Below, piece after piece: positions 31,082 through 40,955 of a DNA stretch of 64,000 nt (the first letter of the stretch is position 1; each line of letters starts with the position of its first letter). This DNA comes from Candidatus Bathyarchaeota archaeon (lineage in GTDB: Archaea; Thermoproteota; Bathyarchaeia; Bathyarchaeales; Bathycorpusculaceae). Location: contig CAWGYA010000008.1 in assembly GCA_963826715.1 (NCBI GenBank), positions 288,001-352,000 on the forward strand, written 5' to 3'. The notes under the pieces are model-generated. The model saw only the letters and a program-made list of their open reading frames with translations, was not told the DNA's origin and searched no databases. Both the position numbers and the translations under genes were made by a program.

Positions 31082-31198
31082 CCCTCATAAAATAGGGTTT
31101 AGAGTTAAAAAAGATGTGTATAAACCAACATATATTATCTGCAAACGACGAGTGAATCTTTTTTAGGTCGGAAATTCACTCAATTAAGTGTTGATTTT

Positions 31199-33793
31199 AT
31201 GAGCTTCGCCAATTTTACAGTTAAATCCCAAGAAGCCATTCAAAAAACCTTGGAGATTGCCTCTTCAAAACAAAACCAAGCTATTGAACCAGTCCATCTT
31301 CTAAAGGCCATGCTTCTAGTAGATGACAATGTAATTCCTTATTTGCTAGGAAAGCTAAACGTAAACTTAGATACACTATCGAGTTCACTTGAGAAATTAA
31401 TTGACTCGTTACCTAAAGTCAGCGGTGGAGAACCCTACTTATCTTCCAATTCTAACAAAGCTCTGAAAAAAGCTCAGGAAATAGCTTCTGAAAGTCAAGA
31501 CAAATTTGTCTCTATAGAACAGATGTTTTTAGCAATCTTAACCGTAAACGATTCAGCTTCTAGAATACTTCAAAGTAGTGGAGTTACAGAAAAGGCACTT
31601 AAGGAAGCAATTAAGCAATTAAGAAAGGGATCAACTGTGAATTCGCAGACTACAGATGAAACTTACAACGCTCTAAACAGGTTTGCAACAAACCTCAACG
31701 ATAGAGCAAGAACAGGAAAACTGGACCCGGTAATCGGCAGAGATGAAGAAATCCGCAGAGTCCTACAAATCCTATCTAGGCGAACAAAAAATAACCCAAT
31801 TCTTATCGGTGAACCTGGCGTCGGCAAAACCGCCATTGCCGAAGGCATAGCTCATCGCATAGTGAACGGCGATGTTCCTGAAAATCTCAAGGAAAAACAA
31901 ATTTATTCATTAGACATGGGTGCCTTGATTGCCGGAGCAAAATATAAAGGCGAATTTGAGGAGCGACTCAAAAGTGTAGTTAAGGAAGTAGCTTCCTCAG
32001 AAGGCGAAATAGTGCTATTTATTGATGAAATCCACACTCTGGTAGGCGCTGGCGCCAGCGAAGGAGCTATGGACGCAGCCAACATCTTAAAACCAGCGTT
32101 AGCCAGAGGTGAACTACGTGCAATCGGTGCAACAACTCTCAAAGAATACCAAAAGTATTTTGAAAAAGACAAAGCACTGGAAAGACGTTTCCAGCCTGTC
32201 ATGGTTAACGAGCCCGACACGTTAGATGCAATCTCGATCCTTAGAGGCTTAAAAGAACGCTATGAAGTCTTCCACCACGTAAGAATAAAAGATGAAGCCA
32301 TAATCGCCGCAGTCGAACTTTCTCAGCGATACATCTCAGACAGGTTCCTTCCCGACAAAGCAATAGACTTGATAGATGAAGCCGCCTCAAAGCTCCGATT
32401 AGAAATCAACTCCGCACCTGTAGAACTCGAAACTATCGAGCGTAAAATTCGACAACTCGAAATCGAGCGGGAAGCCATAAAACGGGAAAAAGACGAAACC
32501 AAACTTAAAGCACTCAACCATGAAATCGCTAACCTTAGTGAAGAAAGAAATAAACTCAAAGCCCGCTGGCAAGCTGAAAAAGACATTGTCGAACAAATTC
32601 AATCCAAAAAAAATGAAATCGAAAAATTAAGATTCGAAGATGAAGATGCAAACCGCAAAGGAGAATTAGGAAAAATTGCAGAAATCAGGTACGGCAAAAT
32701 TCCTGAAGCTTCAAAAACCATCGAAGACCTAAAAAAGAAACTTTCCGAAATACAAAAGGGCTCTCCACTCATCAACGAAGAAGTTGACGCTGAAGAAATA
32801 GCAGAAGTAGTTTCGCATTGGACCGGAATCCCAGTCAGTAGAATGCTTCAAAGCGAAAAACAGAAGCTGCTTAACCTTGAAACCGAACTTCACATACGGG
32901 TAATCGGGCAGGATGAAGCGGTCCAAGCGGTCTCAGAAGCCATCAGACGAAGTCGCGCAGGGTTACAGGATCCCAAACGTCCCATAGGATCATTCATCTT
33001 TTTAGGCACCACCGGTGTAGGAAAAACTGAGTTAGCTAAAGCCTTGGCTGAATACCTCTTCAACAACGAAAACAATATGATTAGAATTGATATGTCTGAG
33101 TATCAGGAACGCCATACAGTTTCACGATTGGTAGGCGCTCCTCCAGGATACGTTGGATATGAAGAAAGTGGACAACTAACCGAGGCTGTACGTAGGAAAC
33201 CTTATGCTGTTGTTCTGCTTGACGAAATAGAAAAAGCGCACCCCGATGTTTTCAACATCTTACTCCAAGTCCTTGATGATGGTAGATTGACAGATAATAA
33301 AGGGCGCACAGTAGATTTCAAAAATACAATTATCATAATGACATCAAATCTTGGTTCACATCTCATACAGGAAAACCTAGAGAAAATAACACCGGATACA
33401 AGAGAAAAAATTTGGAACCAAACAAAAGAACAGGTATTTGACTTATTGAAAAAAACTATCAAACCAGAATTCCTAAATCGAATCGACGAAATAATAATGT
33501 TTCAACCGTTAAATGAGGAAGAAATCAAAAAAATAGTCAAAAACCAGATCAAAAACGTCCAGAAAATGCTTGAAAAAAATAATGTTAAAATTGACATCAC
33601 AAAGAAAGCCATAAACTACATCGCCAAAGTAGGGTTTGACCCCCAGTTCGGCGCACGACCAATAAAACGCGTGATCCAAAAAACCATTCTCAATGAACTC
33701 TCAAAGATAATACTAGAGGAGAAAGTCAACAAAGATGCAGTTATTGTGGTTGATGAGCAAAACGGATCGTTAGTGTTCAAAAATAAACCATAA
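31199..33793 (+). CDS. clpB: ATP-dependent disaggregase ClpB
   Basis: [21 protein letters not shown], coiled-coil M domain, [29 protein letters not shown]. Confidence 0.97.
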   Translation: MSFANFTVKSQEAIQKTLEIASSKQNQAIEPVHLLKAMLLVDDNVIPYLLGKLNVNLDTLSSSLEKLIDSLPKVSGGEPYLSSNSNKALKKAQEIASESQDKFVSIEQMFLAILTVNDSASRILQSSGVTEKALKEAIKQLRKGSTVNSQTTDETYNALNRFATNLNDRARTGKLDPVIGRDEEIRRVLQILSRRTKNNPILIGEPGVGKTAIAEGIAHRIVNGDVPENLKEKQIYSLDMGALIAGAKYKGEFEERLKSVVKEVASSEGEIVLFIDEIHTLVGAGASEGAMDAANILKPALARGELRAIGATTLKEYQKYFEKDKALERRFQPVMVNEPDTLDAISILRGLKERYEVFHHVRIKDEAIIAAVELSQRYISDRFLPDKAIDLIDEAASKLRLEINSAPVELETIERKIRQLEIEREAIKREKDETKLKALNHEIANLSEERNKLKARWQAEKDIVEQIQSKKNEIEKLRFEDEDANRKGELGKIAEIRYGKIPEASKTIEDLKKKLSEIQKGSPLINEEVDAEEIAEVVSHWTGIPVSRMLQSEKQKLLNLETELHIRVIGQDEAVQAVSEAIRRSRAGLQDPKRPIGSFIFLGTTGVGKTELAKALAEYLFNNENNMIRIDMSEYQERHTVSRLVGAPPGYVGYEESGQLTEAVRRKPYAVVLLDEIEKAHPDVFNILLQVLDDGRLTDNKGRTVDFKNTIIIMTSNLGSHLIQENLEKITPDTREKIWNQTKEQVFDLLKKTIKPEFLNRIDEIIMFQPLNEEEIKKIVKNQIKNVQKMLEKNNVKIDITKKAINYIAKVGFDPQFGARPIKRVIQKTILNELSKIILEEKVNKDAVIVVDEQNGSLVFKNKP

Positions 33794-33858
33794 CACTTGC
33801 TTACAAGCAAAAAATTAAAGCGTTAAACCGGCTATTGACCCATTAGGTTGAGGACTGA

Positions 33859-34428
33859 TTGATAACGTACGTTACTAAAGCAGACGGCTCCAGACAACCC
33901 TTTGACAAAGAAAAAGTTGTGCAGACATGTCTCCGTATGGGTGCACCTTACGAGGTCGCAATTTTAGTTGCGGAGGCAAAACATCACCTTGCATACCACG
34001 CTTTAACAGGGCTTGATGAGAGCCGCATAGCAAGAGCCATAATAGAAGATCTAACAGAAGGCTATTTGCGGGGCACAACCACTTTAAAAATTGACCGAGC
34101 TATGATAGTTACCAACACTATATATTCCGAGCATGCGAAAATCTACGGTGGTTGCCGCGATATTTTATTGGTTGGTTGGGAATCACCAAAGGGCTTTGGG
34201 CTTAGAGAAACCGTTGAAAAACACAAGCTTTACCCTCTGAGTTGCTTGAAAGGAGTAAATAAAGAAACACGACTTAAGTTGGTCGAAGCTGGCATAGTGC
34301 TCATTAGGCAGTTGCTTGAGCAAGACAGCAGATACATAGAGCGACACATCCACTTGTCTCATGAAAACGTTCTATCTATAATGGAAAAAGCGCGACACAC
34401 CACCGAAACACTATGGCAAAAAACGTAG
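33859..34428 (+). CDS. ATP-cone / restriction-endonuclease-like protein, apparently internally deleted (possible pseudogene)
   Basis: VTKADGSRQPFDKEKV start of ATP cone joined directly to EAKHH...IVTNT...GW..P...L..YPL nuclease-like C-terminal half. Confidence 0.6.
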   Translation: MITYVTKADGSRQPFDKEKVVQTCLRMGAPYEVAILVAEAKHHLAYHALTGLDESRIARAIIEDLTEGYLRGTTTLKIDRAMIVTNTIYSEHAKIYGGCRDILLVGWESPKGFGLRETVEKHKLYPLSCLKGVNKETRLKLVEAGIVLIRQLLEQDSRYIERHIHLSHENVLSIMEKARHTTETLWQKT

Positions 34429-34517
34429 GTTACTCAAAGAAGAGAGGGATTGCGTTTCGGCCATAAACCCCAAAAAATAAATATCAACTCATTGTTTGTC
34501 TATCGATTGATGAATAC

Positions 34518-34940
34518 ATGGGTATAGAGATCTTGGTTTTCATTTTGCTCTCCGTTACCCTTGAATGTGGCATGGGGATTCTCTACGGCGTTGCAGTCGG
34601 CTACGATCCATGGCTTGTTTTTCCAATGGCGATAGTAATAAATTTCTTAGCGATATTCGCAGCTATTTTTGTGGTAGATAGACTGCTATCGTGGAGGCAA
34701 GGCGTCAAAGTATGGATTGAAAGAAGACTCACAAGAGGTCAAAAACTCATAGATAAGTATGGTGCCGTTGGAATCGTAATGGGCGTTGTTGTTCTCTCTC
34801 CAATACAGTTGGCGATAGTAGGCAGACTGATAGGAATTAAACCCAGTAAACTCTACCCCGCCCTCTTCTGCGCCATTGTCTTGGTAGCGACGGCTTATCT
34901 AGCATTAGCACTTGGCATCTTCAAAATTCTGCTATCTTAA
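34518..34940 (+). CDS. Small membrane protein (small multidrug export/VTT-like)
   Basis: Four hydrophobic segments, KLIDKYGAVG motif. Confidence 0.7.
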   Translation: MGIEILVFILLSVTLECGMGILYGVAVGYDPWLVFPMAIVINFLAIFAAIFVVDRLLSWRQGVKVWIERRLTRGQKLIDKYGAVGIVMGVVVLSPIQLAIVGRLIGIKPSKLYPALFCAIVLVATAYLALALGIFKILLS

Positions 34941-35106
34941 AAGAGCCAAGGCAACAAGAGGGACCTAAACCATTAAACAGAATAAAAAAACAAGTTGGAA
35001 ATTACTAAGGGCATTCGCATACTCTTAGGGCTCAAAGTTGTATCCGCAACCTTTTTTTGCAAATATTGTTAAGCAACTTATCTTAAAATAGACTTAAGGC
35101 GAAAAC

Positions 35107-35806
35107 GTGACACAAAAGAATAAAGCTATAGTATCAATAGTTGGCTTAATCATTCCCGCTTCTTTGTTGTATTTATCATTTCTATCTACATTAGAAAATG
35201 AAAAACACGTTCAAGAAATGGCAAGTCTCATGGAGAAGATAGAGGTTAATTCAGTTTCTTATAACGAAGCCAATTTGACAGTAACCATAAATTGTACTAA
35301 AGGCTCAAATGATGCTACTGTTTGCGCTCTAACCGATATCATAATTAGAAACTTCCAAAAACAGCTTGAAATCATTCCTTCTCCAAGCAATTTGATCATA
35401 AATTTACCTACAATCCTTAAGCTTCAACTCTAAGAAACTTTGCCCTCAGAGATATACGAACTTCAGATTCGTACAGTCAAAGGATCAAGTTTTAATTACT
35501 ACAATTTTAACATTGGTAACTTCGTTGATCCTCAGCAAAAAATTGAAGTAAAAGAAATTGGTCTATAATCAAACTCAAAATGTTCTTTTAATGTATTGCA
35601 GCAGGATTTATGATAGAACAAGTCTATTTGTTGTCGTCAAGGATACTTACGGGTCACCAGTTGCCACATATGGAGACCCAATTCGCTCCCAAATATCTAA
35701 TGATGATACTTTGCTTACATTAAGGGTTGATCAATTGCTAAGCTCTGGTGAATACAGCGCATATATTGTAACAGAAAAAGGAGCAATCAAAAAATTTAGC
35801 ATATAA
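35107..35806 (+). pseudogene. Disrupted membrane-anchored protein with two tandem beta domains
   Basis: Frame continues past TAA at 35431-35433 (ETLPSEIYELQIRTVKG...QKIEVKEI), then frameshifts into the 35558 ORF; repeats KIEV..V.YN and L.S..Y...I.T.KG. Confidence 0.65.
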
Positions 35807-35888
35807 TTTTCAAAACAAAAAATTCCGTGACAATTTAGTCAGCAACTAAAACCTATTTTAGCTTGCCGCTAATTATCATAATCCGATC

Positions 35889-36275
35889 TCAGAATGCACC
35901 CACTGCGTTAGGCATATTAGGAGTTACTTGTTGAGTAATATCCCAATACTCTACTAGTTTGTCTCTTTCGAAGCTAAAGAGCTGCATTTGCCTGAGACCG
36001 CCTTGATCTGGTTTGGTTTTGTCATTAAAGAGCTCGGTATGTAATGCAACCAAGTCTTTTTCCTCAATAGCCTGCTTTATTGTAAATTCTGCATTTGGGT
36101 ACTGACCTTTGCCTTCTTTGTTTGTGCCATCCATGGCTTGTATTAGGGTTTCAATATTTCTTGAGATGTAAGGGTTATGGGTTTTGCATGAGGGCAAGAA
36201 ATATTTCAAGCCGTCACTGAATTTGCCTGTTAAACCGAGGTTTATAAAAGCTATTGCTATTTGCTTGTGATCCAT
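35889..36275 (-). CDS. SnoaL/NTF2-like protein
   Basis: THNPY, IEEKDLVALH, FSFERDKLVEYWD. Confidence 0.8.
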   Translation of the reverse strand: MDHKQIAIAFINLGLTGKFSDGLKYFLPSCKTHNPYISRNIETLIQAMDGTNKEGKGQYPNAEFTIKQAIEEKDLVALHTELFNDKTKPDQGGLRQMQLFSFERDKLVEYWDITQQVTPNMPNAVGAF

Positions 36276-36601
36276 AAAAATTCTTCAAGAACTATAATTT
36301 GCTCTTTGATAATAACCATCCGTTGAAGTCTACAGACATACACAACAACTTTTTGAAGACATTCCGTCAGTTAGCTCATTGTCAGAACATAAAAAATACG
36401 ATAAATAGTTTTGAGGTTGATTACTCTATGTGCCCAACCTGCGACAGACGTTTCTCATACAGTGCATACAAAGCAGCGTTACTTTCTTGAAAAAACATCC
36501 TGAAAAGGGTTTTTGCAGCTAGATTGCCCATATTCCTCATACGAGGAGTTCCAGGCTAACTGACTTCCCTGCGCCTTTTACCTAGGCTTCTTATAAGATA
36601 G

Positions 36602-36760
36602 TTATTGAGATTTAGGAGGCGTGTCTTTGTTGATCCATGTTTTTATTGCTTCTTGGACCGCTTTGGATAAATCACCTTTTTTGCCTCCGAATCGTTCAAC
36701 GGTTTTTAGTCTTAGTTGCATTTCTATTTCATCTGTGATGTCAACATTGATGCGGCCCAA
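36602..36760 (-). CDS. Small ribbon-helix-helix DNA-binding protein (52 aa, absent from ORF track)
   Basis: Hand translation (TTG start) MGRINVDITDEIEMQLRLKTVERFGGKKGDLSKAVQEAIKTWINKDTPPKSQ; alternating beta strand then two helices with LSKAVQEAI..W. Confidence 0.8.
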   Translation of the reverse strand: MGRINVDITDEIEMQLRLKTVERFGGKKGDLSKAVQEAIKTWINKDTPPKSQ

Positions 36761-37067
36761 TTTTCTTCACTTATTTTTTGCTAGTTACATATTGTTGTAA
36801 TAAGCGAGCAGCCATTTTGTTTTTTTCGTCATAATTTGTTTCATGTGTTATCCCTGCGGTTTCGCTTATTCACATTAGCACATATACGCATACACACTTA
36901 TAAGTGTATGTGTTTAAGTGAGCAAAACCCCGTGCATCCTCCAACGTACACCAATCATTGAGTCAAGTAAAAACTATCTTTTTGAGGTGCTTCAGGAACT
37001 GTTTCAGTTTTGTTTCAGCCAACTACTATACAAGCTTATGACCATAGTAGTATATGTTGATAAACAA

Positions 37068-37348
37068 ATGACAAACACAAAAATAATATTCGCTCTTGTC
37101 GCGGTTGCGGCATTGACTCTAGCCGCATTTGGAGTGGCGGCAGCTCAAATAGGCCAGAATCAAACAGTTCTCGGGGAACCCCCGAACACTGCAGTTCCAA
37201 CCCAAGGCTTTTGGGGATGCTCGGCAATTGCTTTGGCTATGGAGCCGGTCAGTCATATGATGCCCAATACGTTGCCCCACCAGTAGTTTCTGGCAATCAA
37301 GCTGCCATACCCTACCAAGGCGGTTACGGACCCTGCTGGGCACGATAA
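37068..37348 (+). pseudogene. Small secreted/membrane Gly-Tyr-Pro-rich protein with a 1 bp frameshift
   Basis: MTNTKIIFALVAVAAL...GFWG, then the other frame gives LGNCFGYGAGQSY...YQGGYGPCWAR-stop; 281 bp is one base short of 94 codons. Confidence 0.6.
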
Positions 37349-37417
37349 ACAACAAATAACCCTTTTTTTAAGTTTCCCAAATTTTGAAGATAATCTGAAG
37401 TAAAACACGTTTTAGGC

Positions 37418-37453
37418 AAAGCATATTGCGTGGACCAAGTAGGATTCAAACCC
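37418..37453 (-). repeat. Degenerate copy of tRNA-Ala 3' end and flank (old att-like site)
   Basis: aaagcatattgcgtggaccaagtaggattcaaaccc versus aaagcatgttgaagtggaccgggggggatttgaaccc at the tRNA. Confidence 0.6.
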
Positions 37454-37526
37454 TTGTAGGGCTCAGGATTTCACTTGCAAAATTTCTCTTTTCTTTGAAA
37501 CAATAAACAAGAACAAAGCAGAAAAA

Positions 37527-37706
37527 TTATCCTAAAGACCTTTTCGGACACTTCATTCCATGAGGTGTCTTATACGTGTCATACAATGCTCCAACAGTTG
37601 CGTCCGACTTCATTCCAAGATTTTCTTGAACTGCTTTTCCGCGAATACAATTGATAAATAGAGCATTTCTTCTCTTTTTACTCCATTTACCAGGCATTCT
37701 CATCAT
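37527..37706 (-). CDS. Hypothetical basic 59 aa protein
   Basis: Hand translation MMRMPGKWSKKRRNALFINCIRGK...KCPKRSLG; AT-rich promoter-like upstream, T-rich downstream. Confidence 0.4.
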   Translation of the reverse strand: MMRMPGKWSKKRRNALFINCIRGKAVQENLGMKSDATVGALYDTYKTPHGMKCPKRSLG

Positions 37707-37839
37707 CTCTCTAAATTACTCAGTTTAAAATAAATAAAAGGTTTTTTTATTAGACCCCCGAGTGGGGCAGTCAAAGAAACTAAAAAATGGGTTCAGAATT
37801 GCTTGAGATCTAAAAGTTCAGACGTATCTCTTCTGAGCT

Positions 37840-38130
37840 TTACCCGAATTTTGCGAGCACTTCCCGTCCGAGGTCAGTTATTTCGACAGCATAAAAATCG
37901 TAAGGTCCAAATTTCTTTGATGACTCAGGATTGTCAATTAGCTTGGATTTTAAAAGATGCCTTACTGCATCGTTGAGACCTTCTGGCATCAAACCTGTCT
38001 TTTGATGTAAAAGATCCACCTTCACTAGCAGACCTTTCTCAAATTGAGATAGGGCTACAAGAACCCGCTTAGCTGATTGGTCAATCATATCAAAATCGTC
38101 TTGTTCAAAATCTTCAACCATACAAAACAC
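37840..38130 (-). CDS. Hypothetical winged-helix-like protein
   Basis: LHQKTGL...LNDAVRHL...LI...VEITDLGR pattern typical of wHTH. Confidence 0.6.
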   Translation of the reverse strand: MFCMVEDFEQDDFDMIDQSAKRVLVALSQFEKGLLVKVDLLHQKTGLMPEGLNDAVRHLLKSKLIDNPESSKKFGPYDFYAVEITDLGREVLAKFG

Positions 38131-38258
38131 CTAAATCTAACTATAGCAATCTTTGCATAAAAACCATTTGAAACGCCCGTCTGAGCAAAGATAGTTCTGA
38201 CCTTGAATTAACAGTTCTATCCGAGTGGAAGTCTTTGGAACGGGCTTTCGATAAAAAC

Positions 38259-38570
38259 TTAACTTTTCGATTTTTTGACAGCCATGGCGCGTTCGTTGCC
38301 TGTGGTGTTCACGGTCCATTCGAGCGTGTCTCCTGGCTTGAGTTTGAGAAAAACGGCTATAGCTTCTAGGTTAGGCATAGTGTAAGTTCCAACTTCAGCA
38401 AGCCCCAAATCTAAACCAATCTTAGTTGTTAAGCCATCCATAAATTGTACAACAATCAAGAAACCAAAGCAGGAAGAAAGCCACTTTGAATTAATGACTG
38501 GTGTCTTAATTAGGTCTTCACTCAGAAACATCCTCATGGCTTTGCCTCTCCTTCTTAATGAATACTGCAT
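38259..38570 (-). pseudogene. Chimeric ORF: small membrane protein N-terminus joined to AbrB/SpoVT-like C-terminus
   Basis: QFMDGLTTKIGLDLGLAEVG followed by EAIAVFLKLKPGDTLEW. Confidence 0.5.
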
Positions 38571-38802
38571 AGTTTACGGTATATTTGATACTCCAAATAT
38601 CATAATATCCAGCTAAAATCAAAAAAACGAACTTTGCAATTTACTCTGCATTCGGGCAATAAGGCCTTCCAAAATCTGGAGATGACTTATTTTCTCGGGT
38701 CAATCGGAGCCAGACCTTATTGTCCAATCATCGCGGGCATTGTTTGGGGCAGTATCGAAATAGCTATTAAACTCAAAAGTGACTTCAGAGTAGGTTTACC
38801 TT

Positions 38803-38871
38803 ATGATTTTTGAAGAAGAAGACGATGATTGCTGTTGCGATGAAGATTGCGACTGCGAAGATGAAGAATAA
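38803..38871 (+). CDS. 22 aa acidic Cys-rich micropeptide
   Basis: MIFEEEDDDCCCDEDCDCEDEE-stop; TATA-like ctattaaa and aggt upstream, T-tract directly downstream. Confidence 0.55.
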   Translation: MIFEEEDDDCCCDEDCDCEDEE

Positions 38872-38996
38872 ACATCTCTTTTCCTTTTTTTATTGCCTGC
38901 CAAATCATTGATTCAATGTATAAACCTTTCATTAGAGGCAAAATAGTAGAAGTCAGCTTCTGGAAACTAAAACATAAAAGGACCGGGAATCCCGAC

Positions 38997-39032
38997 AAAG
39001 CATGTTTGAAGTGGACCGGGGGATTTGAACCC
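38997..39032 (-). repeat. Copy of tRNA-Ala 3' end and flank (att-like direct repeat)
   Basis: aaagcatgtttgaagtggaccgggggatttgaaccc nearly identical to 42172-42208. Confidence 0.88.
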
Positions 39033-39092
39033 AACTCTTAGTGGAGATATCACTCGGAGATTCACCATCATTGAAATTTTTGATCGCCTCAA

Positions 39093-40253
39093 TCATTCAA
39101 TCACTGCTGATCCGCCTTGCCATTGAGATATACGAAATATAACAAACTCAGCCGGCTTCACTGGAGCAACACCGATCAACATTATTAATCTTCCATTGTC
39201 TATATCATCTTGCGTCATTGTGTTACGATCGCATTTCACGAAAAAAGCTTGTTCTGAAGTTGTTCCCATAAGAGCCCCGTCTTTCCAGACAGTTATCAAA
39301 AATTGTGATACAGCTTGCTTTACCCTTGCCCAAAGTCGCTCATTATTAGGTTCAAAAACAACCCATTTGGTTCCCTCTTCAATCGATTCTTCAAGGTACA
39401 AAAACAAGCGCCGAAGGTTGATATATTTCCAAACGGGGTCATTTGAAGTTGTTCGAGCGCCCCACACACGGAAGCCTCGACCGCTAAATTCTCGCAAACA
39501 GTTTACCCCAAGAGGATTTAGAATTTCTTGTTGAGCTCGAGAGATTTGTTGTTCCGGACCGAGAACCCCTTCTATGACTTCATTGACTGGTGCTTTGTGA
39601 ACTCCGCGTTGCAAATCGTTTCGTGCGTAGATCCCACATATGTGTCCGCTGGGTGGGATGCACAAAATTTCTTCGGTATCAGGGTGCCGGATTTTTATCC
39701 ATGGATAATACAATGCAGCATACGATGAGTTGTATAGAGACCGCTGCGTCTGAATCGCGTCCAGACTTGCACATTTTTTTGAGTCAAGCACAGCAAACCG
39801 ATTCTTTAGGTTTTCACAATGCTCAATCATAGCATTATGAATTTTCTGGGTTATTCCACTAGGAATTGCTAAGATTTTGATTTCGTCAACTTGATTCAAC
39901 GCCCAAAGCCCAGTTCTCTGGCTTGGTTCACTGAAGTTTTTGCCTATAATAGTTTCATCGGAAACCACGCTATCTGTGGCTGTAACACGATTTATGTAGA
40001 CTCTTTGACCACCGTTCTGAAAAAACCCTTCGACAGCATGGGGCAAATAACGGTAATCACCATAACTTGTGTCCAAATAACCACCGAATAATCTTTGAAA
40101 TTCGGAAAAACTTGTAACAAGTGTGGGTTGGTTGAGTGGACCTTTCTGAGTTAAACCCACCATGCCTGTTGTACTTGTGCTTTTTCTTTCGATAGGTTTT
40201 GCACCTATTTCTATTTCTTCAATGTAAACTTTGGGTGACAAATATTCTGGAAT
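39093..40253 (-). CDS. Contractile tail sheath protein (eCIS Afp2/3/4-like)
   Basis: PEYLSPKVYIEE, VTSFSEFQRLFG, FFQNGG, AALYYPW, RGVHKAP, RVWGART, FEPN, GVAPVKPAEFVIFRI; family-type start position is ATT at 40253, first standard start is TTG 40241. Confidence 0.93.
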   Translation of the reverse strand: MPEYLSPKVYIEEIEIGAKPIERKSTSTTGMVGLTQKGPLNQPTLVTSFSEFQRLFGGYLDTSYGDYRYLPHAVEGFFQNGGQRVYINRVTATDSVVSDETIIGKNFSEPSQRTGLWALNQVDEIKILAIPSGITQKIHNAMIEHCENLKNRFAVLDSKKCASLDAIQTQRSLYNSSYAALYYPWIKIRHPDTEEILCIPPSGHICGIYARNDLQRGVHKAPVNEVIEGVLGPEQQISRAQQEILNPLGVNCLREFSGRGFRVWGARTTSNDPVWKYINLRRLFLYLEESIEEGTKWVVFEPNNERLWARVKQAVSQFLITVWKDGALMGTTSEQAFFVKCDRNTMTQDDIDNGRLIMLIGVAPVKPAEFVIFRISQWQGGSAVIE

Positions 40254-40300
40254 TGCCTATTCCTCTGGTTATGCTATGTGAGTTTTTCTTATAAAATGTA

Positions 40301-40314
40301 GCTTAAATTTAAGC
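40301..40314. promoter_or_regulatory. Perfect 14 bp palindrome in the divergent sheath/tube promoter region
   Basis: gcttaaatttaagc, next to TATA-like cttataaa. Confidence 0.35.
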
Positions 40315-40406
40315 GGGCGCTTTTAGAATCTGTCCCGATATCTTGGACTGTATTAATCGATAACGATAAATGTTAAACTACTCATAAAATATTGGGAGCT
40401 GATTTA

Positions 40407-40919
40407 ATGCCGGAGTTTAGTGTTAATGCAAATCGTTTTGATCCATACAAGAACTTTAAATTCAGAATTAAGTGGGATGGCAAATATGTCGCTGGTTTGA
40501 GCAAAATGTCAGCTTTAAAACGAACCACTGAGGTAGTTAAACATCGATCTGGTGGAGATCCAAGTTCAAGCAGAAAGTCTCCAGGTCGCACCGAGTATGA
40601 GGCAATCACTTTAGAACGTGGAGTCACTCATGATTTGGAGTTTGAAAACTGGGCTAACAAGGTATGGAACTTTGGTGCTGGATTGGGCGGTGAAGTATCC
40701 CTTAAGGATTTTCGCAAGGATATAATAATTGAAATCTACAATGAAGCAGGACAAATGGCAATAGCCTATAAAATTTATCGTTGTTGGGTTTCGGAATACC
40801 AAGCACTGCCAGAGTTAGATGCTAACTCAAACGCTGTTGCTATTCAGAGAATAAAGTTGGAAAATGAGGGTTGGGAAAGAGACACCGATGTCACTGAGCC
40901 CACTGAACCTTCAATTTAG
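40407..40919 (+). CDS. Tail tube protein (T4 gp19 / Afp1/5-like)
   Basis: RFDPYKNFKFR, KSPGRTEYEAITLERGVT, FRKDIII, RCWVSEYQALPELDAN; ATG 40407 follows gggagctga. Confidence 0.93.
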   Translation: MPEFSVNANRFDPYKNFKFRIKWDGKYVAGLSKMSALKRTTEVVKHRSGGDPSSSRKSPGRTEYEAITLERGVTHDLEFENWANKVWNFGAGLGGEVSLKDFRKDIIIEIYNEAGQMAIAYKIYRCWVSEYQALPELDANSNAVAIQRIKLENEGWERDTDVTEPTEPSI

Positions 40920-40955
40920 CCTTCAATTTTCCGGTTAATTCTGGAGAATGCCTTC

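Noticed and set aside
36366-36564. 10 bp inverted repeat gtcagttagc/gctaactgac as MITE ends, and the 36299-36490 ORF
   Set aside because: Short, no target-site duplication seen, single copy; ORF has no convincing motif
36918-37286. 122 aa ORF as listed in the track
   Set aside because: Real start is probably ATG 37068 and the C-terminus is out of frame; treated as a frameshifted gene
38801-39034. 77 aa minus-strand ORF starting MGSNPPVH
   Set aside because: Its start is the translated T-loop of the tRNA-derived repeat and it lies antisense to the better supported micropeptide
40908-40929. ccttcaattt direct repeat at the tube gene stop
   Set aside because: Two 10 bp units only; may be a small duplication scar but is not interpretable
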